Positions 1-8,806 of a DNA stretch of 59,738 nt are shown piece after piece; position 1 is the stretch's first letter, and the number at the start of each line of letters is the position of its first letter. The position numbers and the translations under genes were made by a program. The notes beneath the pieces were generated by a model that saw only the letters and a program-made list of their open reading frames with translations, was not told the origin of the DNA and ran no database searches. This DNA comes from Acidimicrobiia bacterium (GTDB lineage Bacteria > Actinomycetota > Acidimicrobiia > Acidimicrobiales > CADCSY01): NCBI GenBank assembly GCA_050249235.1, contig JBFWQW010000006.1:1-59738 (forward strand), given 5' to 3'.

Positions 1-181
1 CAGCGACGAGGCTGGAGATGGGCTCCACCGTCGACGAGCCCGAGATGTTCACCGTCCCGGTGACGTCGGACGGCACGTCACCGCCAGCGTCGTCGTCGTC
101 GCCGCCACAGGCGGCGGCGGTCAGGGAGAATGCCAGCAGCAGTGCCAGCAGGCGCCAGGTTCGGCGATTGGACAGTCGCAC
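1..181 (-). CDS. PstS-family phosphate-binding lipoprotein, N-terminal fragment (gene continues beyond window start)
   Basis: Absent from the ORF track because it runs off the window edge. Manual minus-strand translation from GTG at 181 gives VRLSNRRTWRLLALLLAFSLTAAACGGDDDDAGGDVPSDVTGTVNISGSSTVEPISSLVA. It has a lipobox (LTAAAC), and ISGSSTVEP resembles PstS/PBP_like_2 N-termini. GAGGAGGG lies 5 nt upstream of the GTG. Confidence 0.55.
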   Translation of the reverse strand, partial: MRLSNRRTWRLLALLLAFSLTAAACGGDDDDAGGDVPSDVTGTVNISGSSTVEPISSLVA

Positions 182-380
182 GGGTTCCCTCCTCGGGGAG
201 TCGAAGGTCGACGGGGAGGACGGTAGGAGCGACGCATGTCCGGCCCCCGGCCCCGAGGTGAACCAGAGGTGAACGGCACACCAACCTTCGAGGAGGGCCG
301 TCGTGCCTCCGCCGCTCGGCGTGGTGGCCCACGCCATTCAGTCGCCCCGGCCGGCGAGGTCTGTCAGTCGGCGAGGTCTG

Positions 381-1415
381 TCAGTCGGCGAGGTCGCGTG
401 CCGAGACGACGTGGGTCGGGGTGAGCCGCCCGACGAGCTCGCCGGGGACCCCGTTGCGGGCGCCGTAGGTGCCGGCCGCGGCCGCCCCCATGTAGCGGCC
501 GCCCAGCCGGGTGGCCACGGCCCGCACCTCGTCGAGGTCGTCCACCAGCTCGACGGTGCCCTCGACCATCACGAACGAGTAGGGCGGGCGGTCGTCCTGC
601 ACGCAGAGGGTCGCCCGCCCGTCGCGGGCCAGGTTGCGGCCCTTCACCGTGGCGGCGCCGGTGTTGAACACGATGGTGTCGCCGTCGAGGACGAACCAGA
701 CGGGTGCGGCGTGGGGGCGCCCGTCGGCTCGGACCGTGGCGAGCACGCCCGGCCGGGGCGGCTCGGCGAGGAAGGCCCGCCACTCCGGCTCGGCCATCCG
801 CCGGTAGCCCGACCCGTCGACCGGTTGCCGCTGGCTCGCCGCGTCCCGCGTCCCGCCCGTCCCGCTCGAGGGATGCCGGGGGAGCGACCAGGCTCGGCGG
901 AGGAAGGCATCGACGACGGCGCCGTCGCGTTCGTAGGTGAGCAGGTCGGTGGCTCGGGACGGCGCCAGCCAGCGGATCTCGTCGACCTCGTCGTTCGGCT
1001 CGAAGCGACCGCCGACCGGCACCGCGGCCCAGTAGCGGACGGTCTTCGGGCGGCCCTTGCGGTCGATGTACGAGACCGTCGTGAGCTCGGGGCCGAGCTC
1101 GCAGCGCAGCCCCGTCTCCTCCTCGATCTCCCGGACGGCGCAGTGCTCGTCGGTCTCGCCGGCGTCGAGCTTCCCCTTCGGCAGCGACCAGTCGTCGTAG
1201 GCGGGGCGGTGGACCACGAGGACCTCGGGCTTGTCGCCTTCCACCCGCCAGACCACGCCGCCGGCCGCCCGGACCAGGCGCTCGCCGCCCTTCGGTTCGG
1301 AGCCCTTCGCGTCGGCAACCCCGCTCTCGGCAACCCCGGTGCCGGCCGCCTTGGGGTCGGCCGCCTTCGCGTCGGCCCCCTTCGCGTCCGGCGCCCCGAC
1401 GGACCCCGACCTCAC
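381..1415 (-). CDS. NUDIX hydrolase fused to a pyridoxamine-5-phosphate-oxidase-like (PPOX / F420-type split barrel) domain
   Basis: One uninterrupted frame (3' part of ORF 381..2723). NUDIX box GKLDAGETDEHCAVREIEEETG is followed by a linker of about 30 aa and then a PPOX-like domain (VLATVRADGRPHAAPVWFVLDGDTIVFNTG...). GTG at 1415 overlaps the upstream stop (GTGA). The start is uncertain. Confidence 0.7.
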   Translation of the reverse strand: MRSGSVGAPDAKGADAKAADPKAAGTGVAESGVADAKGSEPKGGERLVRAAGGVVWRVEGDKPEVLVVHRPAYDDWSLPKGKLDAGETDEHCAVREIEEETGLRCELGPELTTVSYIDRKGRPKTVRYWAAVPVGGRFEPNDEVDEIRWLAPSRATDLLTYERDGAVVDAFLRRAWSLPRHPSSGTGGTRDAASQRQPVDGSGYRRMAEPEWRAFLAEPPRPGVLATVRADGRPHAAPVWFVLDGDTIVFNTGAATVKGRNLARDGRATLCVQDDRPPYSFVMVEGTVELVDDLDEVRAVATRLGGRYMGAAAAGTYGARNGVPGELVGRLTPTHVVSARDLAD

Positions 1416-2929
1416 GTCAGCCACGAACGGAGCTCCTCCTCCCGGGTCGCCTTCCACGCCGCCCGCCAGGCCCGGCGGTGGGCCAGCGCCTCTGCCCGCT
1501 GCATCTCCATGAGCTCGCCGGCGACGAGCACCACGGCGGGGTCCTGCCCCCTGGCCGCTCCCCGGAGCCAGGTCCTCGCCACGCAGGCGTCCTGGTGGTC
1601 GCCGAGGACGTCCTGCAGCGCGCCGAGCCGGTCGGCCAGCTTCTGTGCCGGGCGGCCCACCACACCAGCGGCCAGCTCGGCGGCGTACCGGGCCCGCTTG
1701 GCCTTGATGCGGAGCCGGTGCAGGTCGGCGTCGGCCGGCTCCGGGTCGAGCGAGCGGGCGGCCTTGGTGAGCGCCCGGTACGGCGCCCGGGCCAGCCCGG
1801 GGAGGAACTCCCGGGCCGGGTGGCCGGCGAGCTCGGTGAACGGGACGTCGCCTCCGGCTGCAGCCACCAGCCGGTCGAGGAGGACCAGGTAACTGCGGCT
1901 GCCGAGCTCGTCGAGGAGCGAGCTCATGGCCCTGGCCCGCTGGGCCCGGAGCACCTCGAGCAGGGCCAGCGCCGGCGGCCAGTCGACCGCGTCGAGCTCG
2001 TCGAGCTGGCGGCGGAAGCGCAGGAGCAGCACGTCGGTGTCGCGCACCTCGCCGAGGGTGCGGCCCAGCGACTGCAGGTCGTCCCGGAGCGTCTCGGCCC
2101 AGATCGGGTCGAGGAGGGCGGCGAAGACCCGGAGGTCGGAGCGCAGCCGGCGGGTCGCCACCCGGGCCTGGTGGACACCCTCGGCGTCGGTGCCCTCGCG
2201 GACGACGGGATCGTGCTCGACGAGGCGCAGGACCGCCTTGCGGATGCCGGCCAGCACGACCTCGGCGCTCGTCGGTTCGTCGGGAAGGGGCCGCTCGGCC
2301 AGCTCGGGGGGCTCGGCGGCCCGTGGCCCGAGGGCCCGCACCGCCTTGGGCGTCGGGTCCGGCTCGCCGGCGCCGGCCTCGACGAGCCGCTCGGCCAGGG
2401 CGTCGAGCAGGGTGGGCGACCCGGCGACACCCAGCTCGACCTCGACCTCTCGGAACCGCTCGACGGCCTCGTCGCCGTCGAGCACGGTGACCTCGTCGTC
2501 GACCACCTCGGCCACCTGGTCGCCGGCGTGGTCGAGGAGCGAGAGCCAGCGCCGGACGGTCCGTAGCCGGACGACCGGTTCGAGCGACGCGGTGCGGAGG
2601 CGGGACGCCACCAGCGCGGTCAGGACCTCGGGCGGGGTGCCTGCCGGGCCGGGCAGGTCGATCTCCCGCCTCGCGAGGGAGCTGGACCCGCCGCCGGCTC
2701 GCGTCGGCAGCTTCAGCGTCCACACCTGGACGGCCCCTTCGACGCGGTGGCGGAGGGTGATCCCGGACCGGGCCAGGCGGAGGTCCGGCGCGTCGTAGTA
2801 GGTGGCGTCGAGCTCGAGCGGCGGCCCGGTGCGGGTCACGCCGCCGGGCACGAAGTCGCCGAGGGTCGGGAGGCGGAACCCCTCGGGGGCCCCGAGCTTC
2901 ACCTCGCGCTCGATCGGACCGGCCCCCAT
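1412..2929 (-). CDS. CYTH (triphosphate tunnel) plus CHAD domain protein
   Basis: The N-terminus IEREVKLGAPEGF is CYTH-like. The C-terminal helical region with VHQARVATRRLRSDLRVF and LHRLRIKAKRARYAAE is CHAD-like. It lies 28 nt downstream of ppk1. Confidence 0.85.
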   Translation of the reverse strand: MGAGPIEREVKLGAPEGFRLPTLGDFVPGGVTRTGPPLELDATYYDAPDLRLARSGITLRHRVEGAVQVWTLKLPTRAGGGSSSLARREIDLPGPAGTPPEVLTALVASRLRTASLEPVVRLRTVRRWLSLLDHAGDQVAEVVDDEVTVLDGDEAVERFREVEVELGVAGSPTLLDALAERLVEAGAGEPDPTPKAVRALGPRAAEPPELAERPLPDEPTSAEVVLAGIRKAVLRLVEHDPVVREGTDAEGVHQARVATRRLRSDLRVFAALLDPIWAETLRDDLQSLGRTLGEVRDTDVLLLRFRRQLDELDAVDWPPALALLEVLRAQRARAMSSLLDELGSRSYLVLLDRLVAAAGGDVPFTELAGHPAREFLPGLARAPYRALTKAARSLDPEPADADLHRLRIKAKRARYAAELAAGVVGRPAQKLADRLGALQDVLGDHQDACVARTWLRGAARGQDPAVVLVAGELMEMQRAEALAHRRAWRAAWKATREEELRSWLT

Positions 2930-2957
2930 CAGCCGGCCACCGTCGATCGGGGTCGCA

Positions 2958-5051
2958 TCAGTCCGTGCCGCGCTCGCGCTCGCGCGCCCTGGCCATGAGC
3001 ACCTCGTGGGTGTCGATGCCGGCGCTCCGCTCGACCTTCTGCCACGACCCGCTCGGAAGCAGGGTCCAGGCCAGCTCGTCGTCGGCCAGGTTGACGTCCA
3101 GCATCTCGTGAAGGCGGGCCTGCAGGGCCCGGTCCTCGATCGGGACGAGCGTCTCGACCCGGCGGTCGAGGTTGCGGGGCATGAGGTCGGCCGAGCCGAT
3201 GTAGTACAGCGGCTCGCCGGGGCCGTTCCCGTTGGCGAAGTGGTACACGCGGGAGTGCTCGAGGAAGCGCCCCACGATCGAGCGCACCCGGATGTTCTCC
3301 GAGAGCCCCTCGACCCCCGGCCGCAGGCAGCAGATGCCCCGCACGATCAGGTCGATCTGCACCCCCCGGGCCGACGCGTCGTAGAGGGCGTCGATCACGG
3401 CCGGGTCGACCAGGCTGTTCATCTTCATGACGATGCGGCCCCGCTCGGCCGCCGCCTCGTTGGCGATGAGCTCGCAGAGCCGGCTCCGCATGGGTCCCGG
3501 CGCCACGAGCAGCTTGCGGAACCGCTGCTGGCGGCCGTACCCGGTGATGTAGTTGAAGAGCTGGGACGCGTCGGCCCCGATGGCCGGGTCGCACGTGAGG
3601 AGCCCGACGTCCTCGTAGATCCGGGCCGTCCGCTCGTTGTAGTTGCCGGTCCCGAGGTGGCAGTAGCGACGGAGCCCGTCGGCCTCCCGCCGGACGACGA
3701 GCGAGATCTTGCTGTGCGTCTTCAGGCCGACCACGCCGTAGACGACGTGGACGCCCGCCCGCTCCAGGGCTCGGGCCCAGGTGACGTTGGCCTGCTCGTC
3801 GAAGCGGGCCTTGAGCTCGACGAGCGCCACCACCTGCTTCGCCGACTCGGAAGCGCGGATGAGGGCGGAGACGATCGGGCTGTCGGCCGACGTCCGGTAC
3901 AGCGTCTGCTTGATGGCGAGCACGTCCGGGTCGGCCGCGGCCGCCTGGACGAAGGCCGTGACCGACGTGGTGAAGCTGTCGTACGGATGGTGGACGAGGA
4001 GGTCGCCGGCCCGGATGCACTCGAACGGGTCGACCCGGTCGCCGTCCCGCGAGACCAGGCGGGGCTGGGTGACCGACTGCCACGGCTCGTCCTTGAGGTC
4101 GGGCCGGGGCAGGGACATCAGGGTGAAGAGCCCGCTGAGGTCGAGGAGCGAGGCGCTGACGTAGACGTCGTCGTCGATGAGCTCGAGCTCGCGCACCAGG
4201 AGCGAGAGCATCTCCGGGTCCATGTCGAGGCCGACCTCGAGCCGGACCGCCTTGTTGAACCGCCGGCGCCGGAGCTCGAGCTCGACGGCCTCGAGCAGGT
4301 CGTCGGCTTCGTCCTCCTCGAGGGTGAGGTCGGCGTTGCGGGTGACGCGGAACGGGTGGTGGGCGACGATCACCATGCCCGGGAACAGCCAGCTGAGGTG
4401 CTCGGCGATCACCTGCTCGAGGGGCACGTAGCGCTCACCGTCGGGCAGGACGACGAACCTCGGCAGGAGGTCGGGCACCTTCACGCGGGCGAAGCGGCGC
4501 AGCCCCGTGTCCGGGTCGCTGACGAGCACGCCCAGGTTGAGCGAGAGGTTCGAGATGTAGGGGAACGGGTGCCCGGGGTCGACGGCCAGCGGCGTGAGCA
4601 CGGGGTAGACCTCGCGCTCGAAAACGTCGATGAGGTGCAGACGGTCCTCCTCGTCGAGGTCGGACCAGTCGGCGAGGTGCACGCCGGCCTTGGCCAGGCC
4701 GGGGGCGACCTCCGTCAGGAACACGCGGTCGAGGTGGCCGAGGAGCTCGACCACCCGCTCCCGGATGGCGGCCAGCTGCTCGACGGGTGTCAGGCCGTCG
4801 GGCGTGACCGCGCCCAGGCCGGCGGCCACCTGGTCCTTGAGGCCGGCCACCCGCACCTGGAAGAACTCGTCGAGGTTGGCGGCGAAGATGGCGAGGAACT
4901 CGACCCGCTCGAGCAGCAGTGTGGCCGAGCTGTCGGCGAGGGCCAGCACCCGGGCGTCGAAGTCGAGCCGGGAGAGCTCGCGGTTGAGGTAGCGCTCGTC
5001 CGGCTCGGGATGGGTCCAGGCCTCGATGAAGGTCTCGAGCTGGACGGTCAC
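2958..5051 (-). CDS. ppk: polyphosphate kinase 1
   Basis: 697 aa with full-length PPK1 character: YLNRELSRLDFDARVL, the two PLD-like C-terminal domains, and HSKISLVVRRE. Confidence 0.95.
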   Translation of the reverse strand: MTVQLETFIEAWTHPEPDERYLNRELSRLDFDARVLALADSSATLLLERVEFLAIFAANLDEFFQVRVAGLKDQVAAGLGAVTPDGLTPVEQLAAIRERVVELLGHLDRVFLTEVAPGLAKAGVHLADWSDLDEEDRLHLIDVFEREVYPVLTPLAVDPGHPFPYISNLSLNLGVLVSDPDTGLRRFARVKVPDLLPRFVVLPDGERYVPLEQVIAEHLSWLFPGMVIVAHHPFRVTRNADLTLEEDEADDLLEAVELELRRRRFNKAVRLEVGLDMDPEMLSLLVRELELIDDDVYVSASLLDLSGLFTLMSLPRPDLKDEPWQSVTQPRLVSRDGDRVDPFECIRAGDLLVHHPYDSFTTSVTAFVQAAAADPDVLAIKQTLYRTSADSPIVSALIRASESAKQVVALVELKARFDEQANVTWARALERAGVHVVYGVVGLKTHSKISLVVRREADGLRRYCHLGTGNYNERTARIYEDVGLLTCDPAIGADASQLFNYITGYGRQQRFRKLLVAPGPMRSRLCELIANEAAAERGRIVMKMNSLVDPAVIDALYDASARGVQIDLIVRGICCLRPGVEGLSENIRVRSIVGRFLEHSRVYHFANGNGPGEPLYYIGSADLMPRNLDRRVETLVPIEDRALQARLHEMLDVNLADDELAWTLLPSGSWQKVERSAGIDTHEVLMARARERERGTD

Positions 5052-5133
5052 GCCGCGAATCTACAAAGCGGCACGGTCGGGCAGGAGACGGTGACATGGC
5101 CTCCCGGTGAACGGGAGGTGGCCGACTCGTGCC

Positions 5134-5430
5134 TCAGCTTCGGTAGGCCGGGTCGGGGGGTGCCTGCTCGTCGGGGAGGCCGAGGTCCCACTCGAGGATC
5201 AGGTTCTCGCGCTCGGCGTCGCGAGCGATGCGCTCCCGGTTGCGACGGAACTGGGGGTCGTGGGGCGGCAGGAGCAGGAGCCGGGCCATCACCCGCTGGC
5301 GCAGCTCGTCGATGACCTTCGGATCGCCGAAGTCGGAGTGCACCTCCCAGTGGGGGGCGACGGGTCCGAGGTACACGACCCGGATGTGTCCCTGGGGCGG
5401 GCCCTGCTCGGCGATCGGGGTGGTCGACAT
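5134..5430 (-). CDS. hypothetical small protein (98 aa)
   Basis: 3' part of ORF 5134..6972 starting at the ATG (MSTTPIAEQG...). Its composition is protein-like, unlike the Arg/Pro-rich upstream part of that ORF. It lies 11 nt downstream of the htrA-like stop. No family recognised and no clear SD. Confidence 0.45.
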   Translation of the reverse strand: MSTTPIAEQGPPQGHIRVVYLGPVAPHWEVHSDFGDPKVIDELRQRVMARLLLLPPHDPQFRRNRERIARDAERENLILEWDLGLPDEQAPPDPAYRS

Positions 5431-5441
5431 CGGCGACGAGG

Positions 5442-6659
5442 CTACCCGGCGGCTCTCGAGCCCAGGGTGGCCCGGGTCCGCAGCTCGTTCCCGCTGCGTA
5501 CATAGTCGATGGTCACCGTCTCCCCGGGGGCCCGTTCGAGGATGGCGGCGCTCACGTCGGCGTTGGTCGAGATCTCGTCGTCGCCGATGGCGACGATCAC
5601 GTCGCCCTCGCGCAGCCCGGCCGCCTCGGCACCGCTGCCGGCCAGCACGCTCTGCACGAAGGCACCGGCCGTCACGTCGACATCGAAGCGCTCCAGGGCG
5701 GCGGCCGTGACGTTGGCGACGCTGATCGTGGTGACCCCGAGGATGGCGCCGCCCACCCCGGAGCGGAGCCGCCCGATGAGGGGCCGGACGGAGTCGATCG
5801 CCAACGCGAAGCCGATGTTCTGGGCGCCGTTGCCGGCGACGGCCGTGTTCACACCCACCACCTCGCCCGACGCGTTCACCAGGGGCCCGCCGGAGTTGCC
5901 GGGGTTGATGGCGGCGTCCGTCTGGATCAGGTCGGTCAGCTGGATGCCGTTCGGCTCCGCGATCGTGCGGCTGAGGGCGGAGACGATGCCCCGTGTCACC
6001 GTCGGCTCGGTGCCGAGGCCGAGGGCGTTGCCGACCGCGATCACGTCGTCGCCGACCTGGAGGTCGGACGACGAGCCCAGACGCACGGTGGCCAGCCCGG
6101 CGGCATCCCGGATCCGCACCACCGCCAGGTCGCTGGACGGCAACGACCCCACCAGGTCGGCGGCCCGCTCCGACCCGTCGGCCAGTGTGACGGTGATCGA
6201 TCGGGCTCCGGAGACGACGTGGGCGTTGGTGAGGACCACGCCCGATTCGTCGATCACCATCCCGCTCCCGGCGCCGACCCCCAGGGCGGTGATCGAGACG
6301 ACCGCCGGGCTCACCTGGTCGAGGAGGGCGCGGATGTCGAGCTCCCGGTCGACGAGCTGGCTGCTCGGCCTGCTGACGGTCGGGACCCGCACCACCTCGG
6401 GGTCGTCGTCCGTGACGGCGACGATGCCACCGGCCACACCCGCGCCGACGAGGGCGCCGACCAGGCTCCCCACGACCACGCCCAGCAGACCCGGCCGGGG
6501 ACGGGCCCGATCGGGGCGCCCGGCAGCCCGACTCGGCCCGATCGGTGCGTCGGGCCCCGCGTCCGACACGGTGGCCGGGCCGCTCGGCGGCGGCCCGAGC
6601 CAGCGGGGAGGGTCGGGCACCGGCTCGGGCGAGCGGGCCCAGGGGGAGGATTCGTCCAT
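5442..6659 (-). CDS. HtrA/DegP-family trypsin-like serine protease with TM anchor and PDZ domain
   Basis: Triad context TNAHVV, DLAVVRI and GNSGGPLV. TM segment LLGVVVGSLVGALVGAGVAGGIVAV. C-terminal PDZ-like region. Start taken at MDESSPW (ATG 6659). Confidence 0.9.
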   Translation of the reverse strand: MDESSPWARSPEPVPDPPRWLGPPPSGPATVSDAGPDAPIGPSRAAGRPDRARPRPGLLGVVVGSLVGALVGAGVAGGIVAVTDDDPEVVRVPTVSRPSSQLVDRELDIRALLDQVSPAVVSITALGVGAGSGMVIDESGVVLTNAHVVSGARSITVTLADGSERAADLVGSLPSSDLAVVRIRDAAGLATVRLGSSSDLQVGDDVIAVGNALGLGTEPTVTRGIVSALSRTIAEPNGIQLTDLIQTDAAINPGNSGGPLVNASGEVVGVNTAVAGNGAQNIGFALAIDSVRPLIGRLRSGVGGAILGVTTISVANVTAAALERFDVDVTAGAFVQSVLAGSGAEAAGLREGDVIVAIGDDEISTNADVSAAILERAPGETVTIDYVRSGNELRTRATLGSRAAG

Positions 6660-6793
6660 GCCCGTGCAACGGTACGACCCCGTCGGACGTTGAGGTCGTG
6701 AACGTCTCGTCGGCGGCCGTGCGGCTCGGGAGTGCGATCCGAACGGCGGTCCGGATCCGTACAGTGATCGTCGACCCCGCACGGAGGCCCCAC

Positions 6794-7051
6794 ATGCAGA
6801 ACGACTGGATGCAGTTCGGGCGATGCCGCGAGCTGAGCCCGAGCACCTTCTTCCCCGGCGACGGGGTCGGGGTCGAGATCGCCCGGCGGCTCTGCGCCGA
6901 CTGCGCCGTGCGGGAGCCCTGCCTGGAGTACGCCCTCGCCGAGCGCATCGACCACGGGGTCTGGGGCGGCACGTCCGAGCGGGAGCGCCGCCGAATCCTG
7001 CGCCGCCGGCGCCAGGACGAGCGCGTCGAGCGCGAGCGGGTCGAGCGCTAG
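6794..7051 (+). CDS. WhiB-family Fe-S transcription factor
   Basis: Four Cys pattern: C-x(n)-CADCAVREPC. Also contains GVWGGTSERERRRI. ATG at 6794. Confidence 0.9.
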   Translation: MQNDWMQFGRCRELSPSTFFPGDGVGVEIARRLCADCAVREPCLEYALAERIDHGVWGGTSERERRRILRRRRQDERVERERVER

Positions 7052-7099
7052 GCGGTCGTCGAAGCACCCGGCCCCTGGGGAGGGACCGGGTGCTGGTGC

Positions 7100-7267
7100 T
7101 CAGGCGCCGGGCTTGTCCTCGTCGGCCGTCGCTTCCTCGGCCGACTTCTTGAACTCGCGCTGGGCCTCGCCGAGGGATCGGGCCAGCTTCGGGAGCTTTG
7201 CCCCTCCGAACACGAGGAGCACGATGAGCAGGATGATGAGGAGCTCAGGAGCCCCGAGGCCAGCCAT
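7100..7267 (-). CDS. tatA: twin-arginine translocase subunit TatA/E
   Basis: 55 aa: MAGLGAPELLIILLIVLLVFGGAKLPKLARSLGEAQREFKK. Confidence 0.9.
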   Translation of the reverse strand: MAGLGAPELLIILLIVLLVFGGAKLPKLARSLGEAQREFKKSAEEATADEDKPGA

Positions 7268-7312
7268 CCCCGAAGCGTACCGGCGGCTCCCCCCAGCGGT
7301 AGCCCGGGGCCG

Positions 7313-8140
7313 GTGGTCCGGCGCGAACCGGTGATCCTCGTCTGCCCGGTCAACGTCAGCGAGGGCCGGTCCGACGACGTGCTCGACGCCCTGGCGGCGG
7401 CGGCCGGGCCCGAGCTGCTCGACCTCCACCGGGATCCTCACCACCACCGCTCGGTGCTGACCGTGGTCGGCGAGGACGCCGCCCGGCGCCTGGCCGCCGA
7501 AGCGGTGGCGCGGATCGACCTGCGCCGGCACCGAGGCGTGCACCCCCGCATGGGTGCGCTCGACGTCGTGCCCTTCGTCCCCCACGATGGGGCCGACATC
7601 GTCGACGCCCGGGCGGCCCGCGACCGGTTCGCCACGTGGATCGGCACCGAGCTCGGTGTCCCCGCCTTCCTCTACGGCGACGGTGCCCCGGGGCTGCCCG
7701 AGGTCAGGCGGCGGGCGTTCGTGGACCTGGCGCCCTCGGCCGGCCCGGGCCATCCCCACCCCACGGCCGGCGCGGTGGCCGTCGGCGCCCGGTACCCCCT
7801 CGTCGCCTACAACGTGTGGCTGGCCGAGCCCGACCTCGGGCTGGCCCGCCGCGTCGCCGCCGCCGTCCGGTCGCCGGCGGTGCGGGCGCTCGGGCTCGAG
7901 GTCGGCGATCGGGTGCAGGTGTCGATGAACCTGGTCGACCCCGGGGCCGTCGGGCCGGCCGCCGCCCACGACGCCGTCGCCGCCCTGGCCCCGGTAGCCG
8001 GTGCCGAGCTGGTCGGGCTCCTCCCCCGGGCGGTGCTCCGCGCCGTCGACGAGGACCGGTGGGCCGAGCTCGACCTGGACGAGGATCGGACCGTCGAGGC
8101 CAGGCTGGCCCACTGGCACACCGCCGGGTCGGGGGGCTGA
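7313..8140 (+). CDS. glutamate formimidoyltransferase-like protein (FTCD N-terminal family)
   Basis: VNVSEGR motif near the N-terminus. HRSVLT and GALDVVPFVP motifs are typical of formiminotransferases. Confidence 0.75.
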   Translation: MVRREPVILVCPVNVSEGRSDDVLDALAAAAGPELLDLHRDPHHHRSVLTVVGEDAARRLAAEAVARIDLRRHRGVHPRMGALDVVPFVPHDGADIVDARAARDRFATWIGTELGVPAFLYGDGAPGLPEVRRRAFVDLAPSAGPGHPHPTAGAVAVGARYPLVAYNVWLAEPDLGLARRVAAAVRSPAVRALGLEVGDRVQVSMNLVDPGAVGPAAAHDAVAALAPVAGAELVGLLPRAVLRAVDEDRWAELDLDEDRTVEARLAHWHTAGSGG

Positions 8141-8178
8141 CGCCGGTCCACCGAATCGGCGTCGGGGGGACGGCGGTC

Positions 8179-8445
8179 CTAGGAGACGGCGGCGGCCCGG
8201 CGGGCGACCGCCCGGGCCCGGCGGATGCGGCGGCGCTCACGCTCGCTCATGCCACCCCAGATGCCGAACTTCTCGCCGTTGGCGAGCGCGAACTCGAGGC
8301 ACTCGTCCCGGACCACGCACCCCTTGCAGACCTCCTTGGCCTCGCGCGTGGACGCACCACGCTCCGGGAAGAAGAGGTCGGGGTCGACGCCGAGACAGTT
8401 CGCGAGGTCCTGCCAGGTCTTGTCTGTCGTATCGACTGCGATCAC
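8179..8445 (-). CDS. whiB: WhiB2/WhmD-like Fe-S transcription factor
   Basis: WQDLANCLGVDPDLFFPERGASTREAKEVCKGCVVRDECLEFAL...FGIWGGMSERERRRIRR. I chose the GTG at 8445, which is preceded by GGGGAG and a 7-nt spacer. The track ORF extends to 8526. Confidence 0.85.
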   Translation of the reverse strand: MIAVDTTDKTWQDLANCLGVDPDLFFPERGASTREAKEVCKGCVVRDECLEFALANGEKFGIWGGMSERERRRIRRARAVARRAAAVS

Positions 8446-8702
8446 GGTGGGACTCCCCTCGGGTCGGTGAACCACCCGTGTAATTACATCCCTGTGATCA
8501 TGACCCGTTCCGCGCTTCGGGCGCAAGGGGACAATTTGGCTCCCCCACCCTCGATCGCCCGGTGCCCCTCCCCAGCAGCCTGCCTGCCGACCCGACGAGA
8601 CGCCGGATAGGCAGTCGGCGACGCTGCGGAGCGCCAGCGAAGCGAGCCTCCCCAGATCGCGCGGCTGCGTGCACGCCCAGCTGCGCAGGCGAGGCGCCAG
8701 CC

Positions 8703-8799
8703 GAGCCGGAGCTGCGCATCAGCAACGCGAGCCGGAGCTGCGCATCAGCAACGCGAGCCGGAGCTGCGCATCAGCAACGCGAGCCGGAGCTGCGCATCA
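8703..8799. repeat. 26-nt tandem repeat, 3 full copies plus 1 partial (unit gagccggagctgcgcatcagcaacgc)
   Basis: Read directly: 8703-8728, 8729-8754 and 8755-8780 are identical, and 8781-8799 is a partial copy. Intergenic, between the vWA gene stop (8807) and the whiB2-like start. Confidence 0.9.
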
Positions 8800-8806
8800 A
8801 GACAGT

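Noticed and set aside
1416-2723. Upstream 435 codons of ORF 381..2723 (-), which would make a 780-aa protein.
   Set aside because: This part overlaps the well-supported CYTH/CHAD gene in another frame and is Arg/Pro/Gly junk. A GTG at 1415 coupled to the CYTH/CHAD stop gives a sensible NUDIX start.
6730-6760. Imperfect palindrome gatccg-N-cggatc in the htrA/whiB divergent region as an operator.
   Set aside because: The arms are only 6 bp and the palindrome was not seen elsewhere in the window. It is too weak to call.
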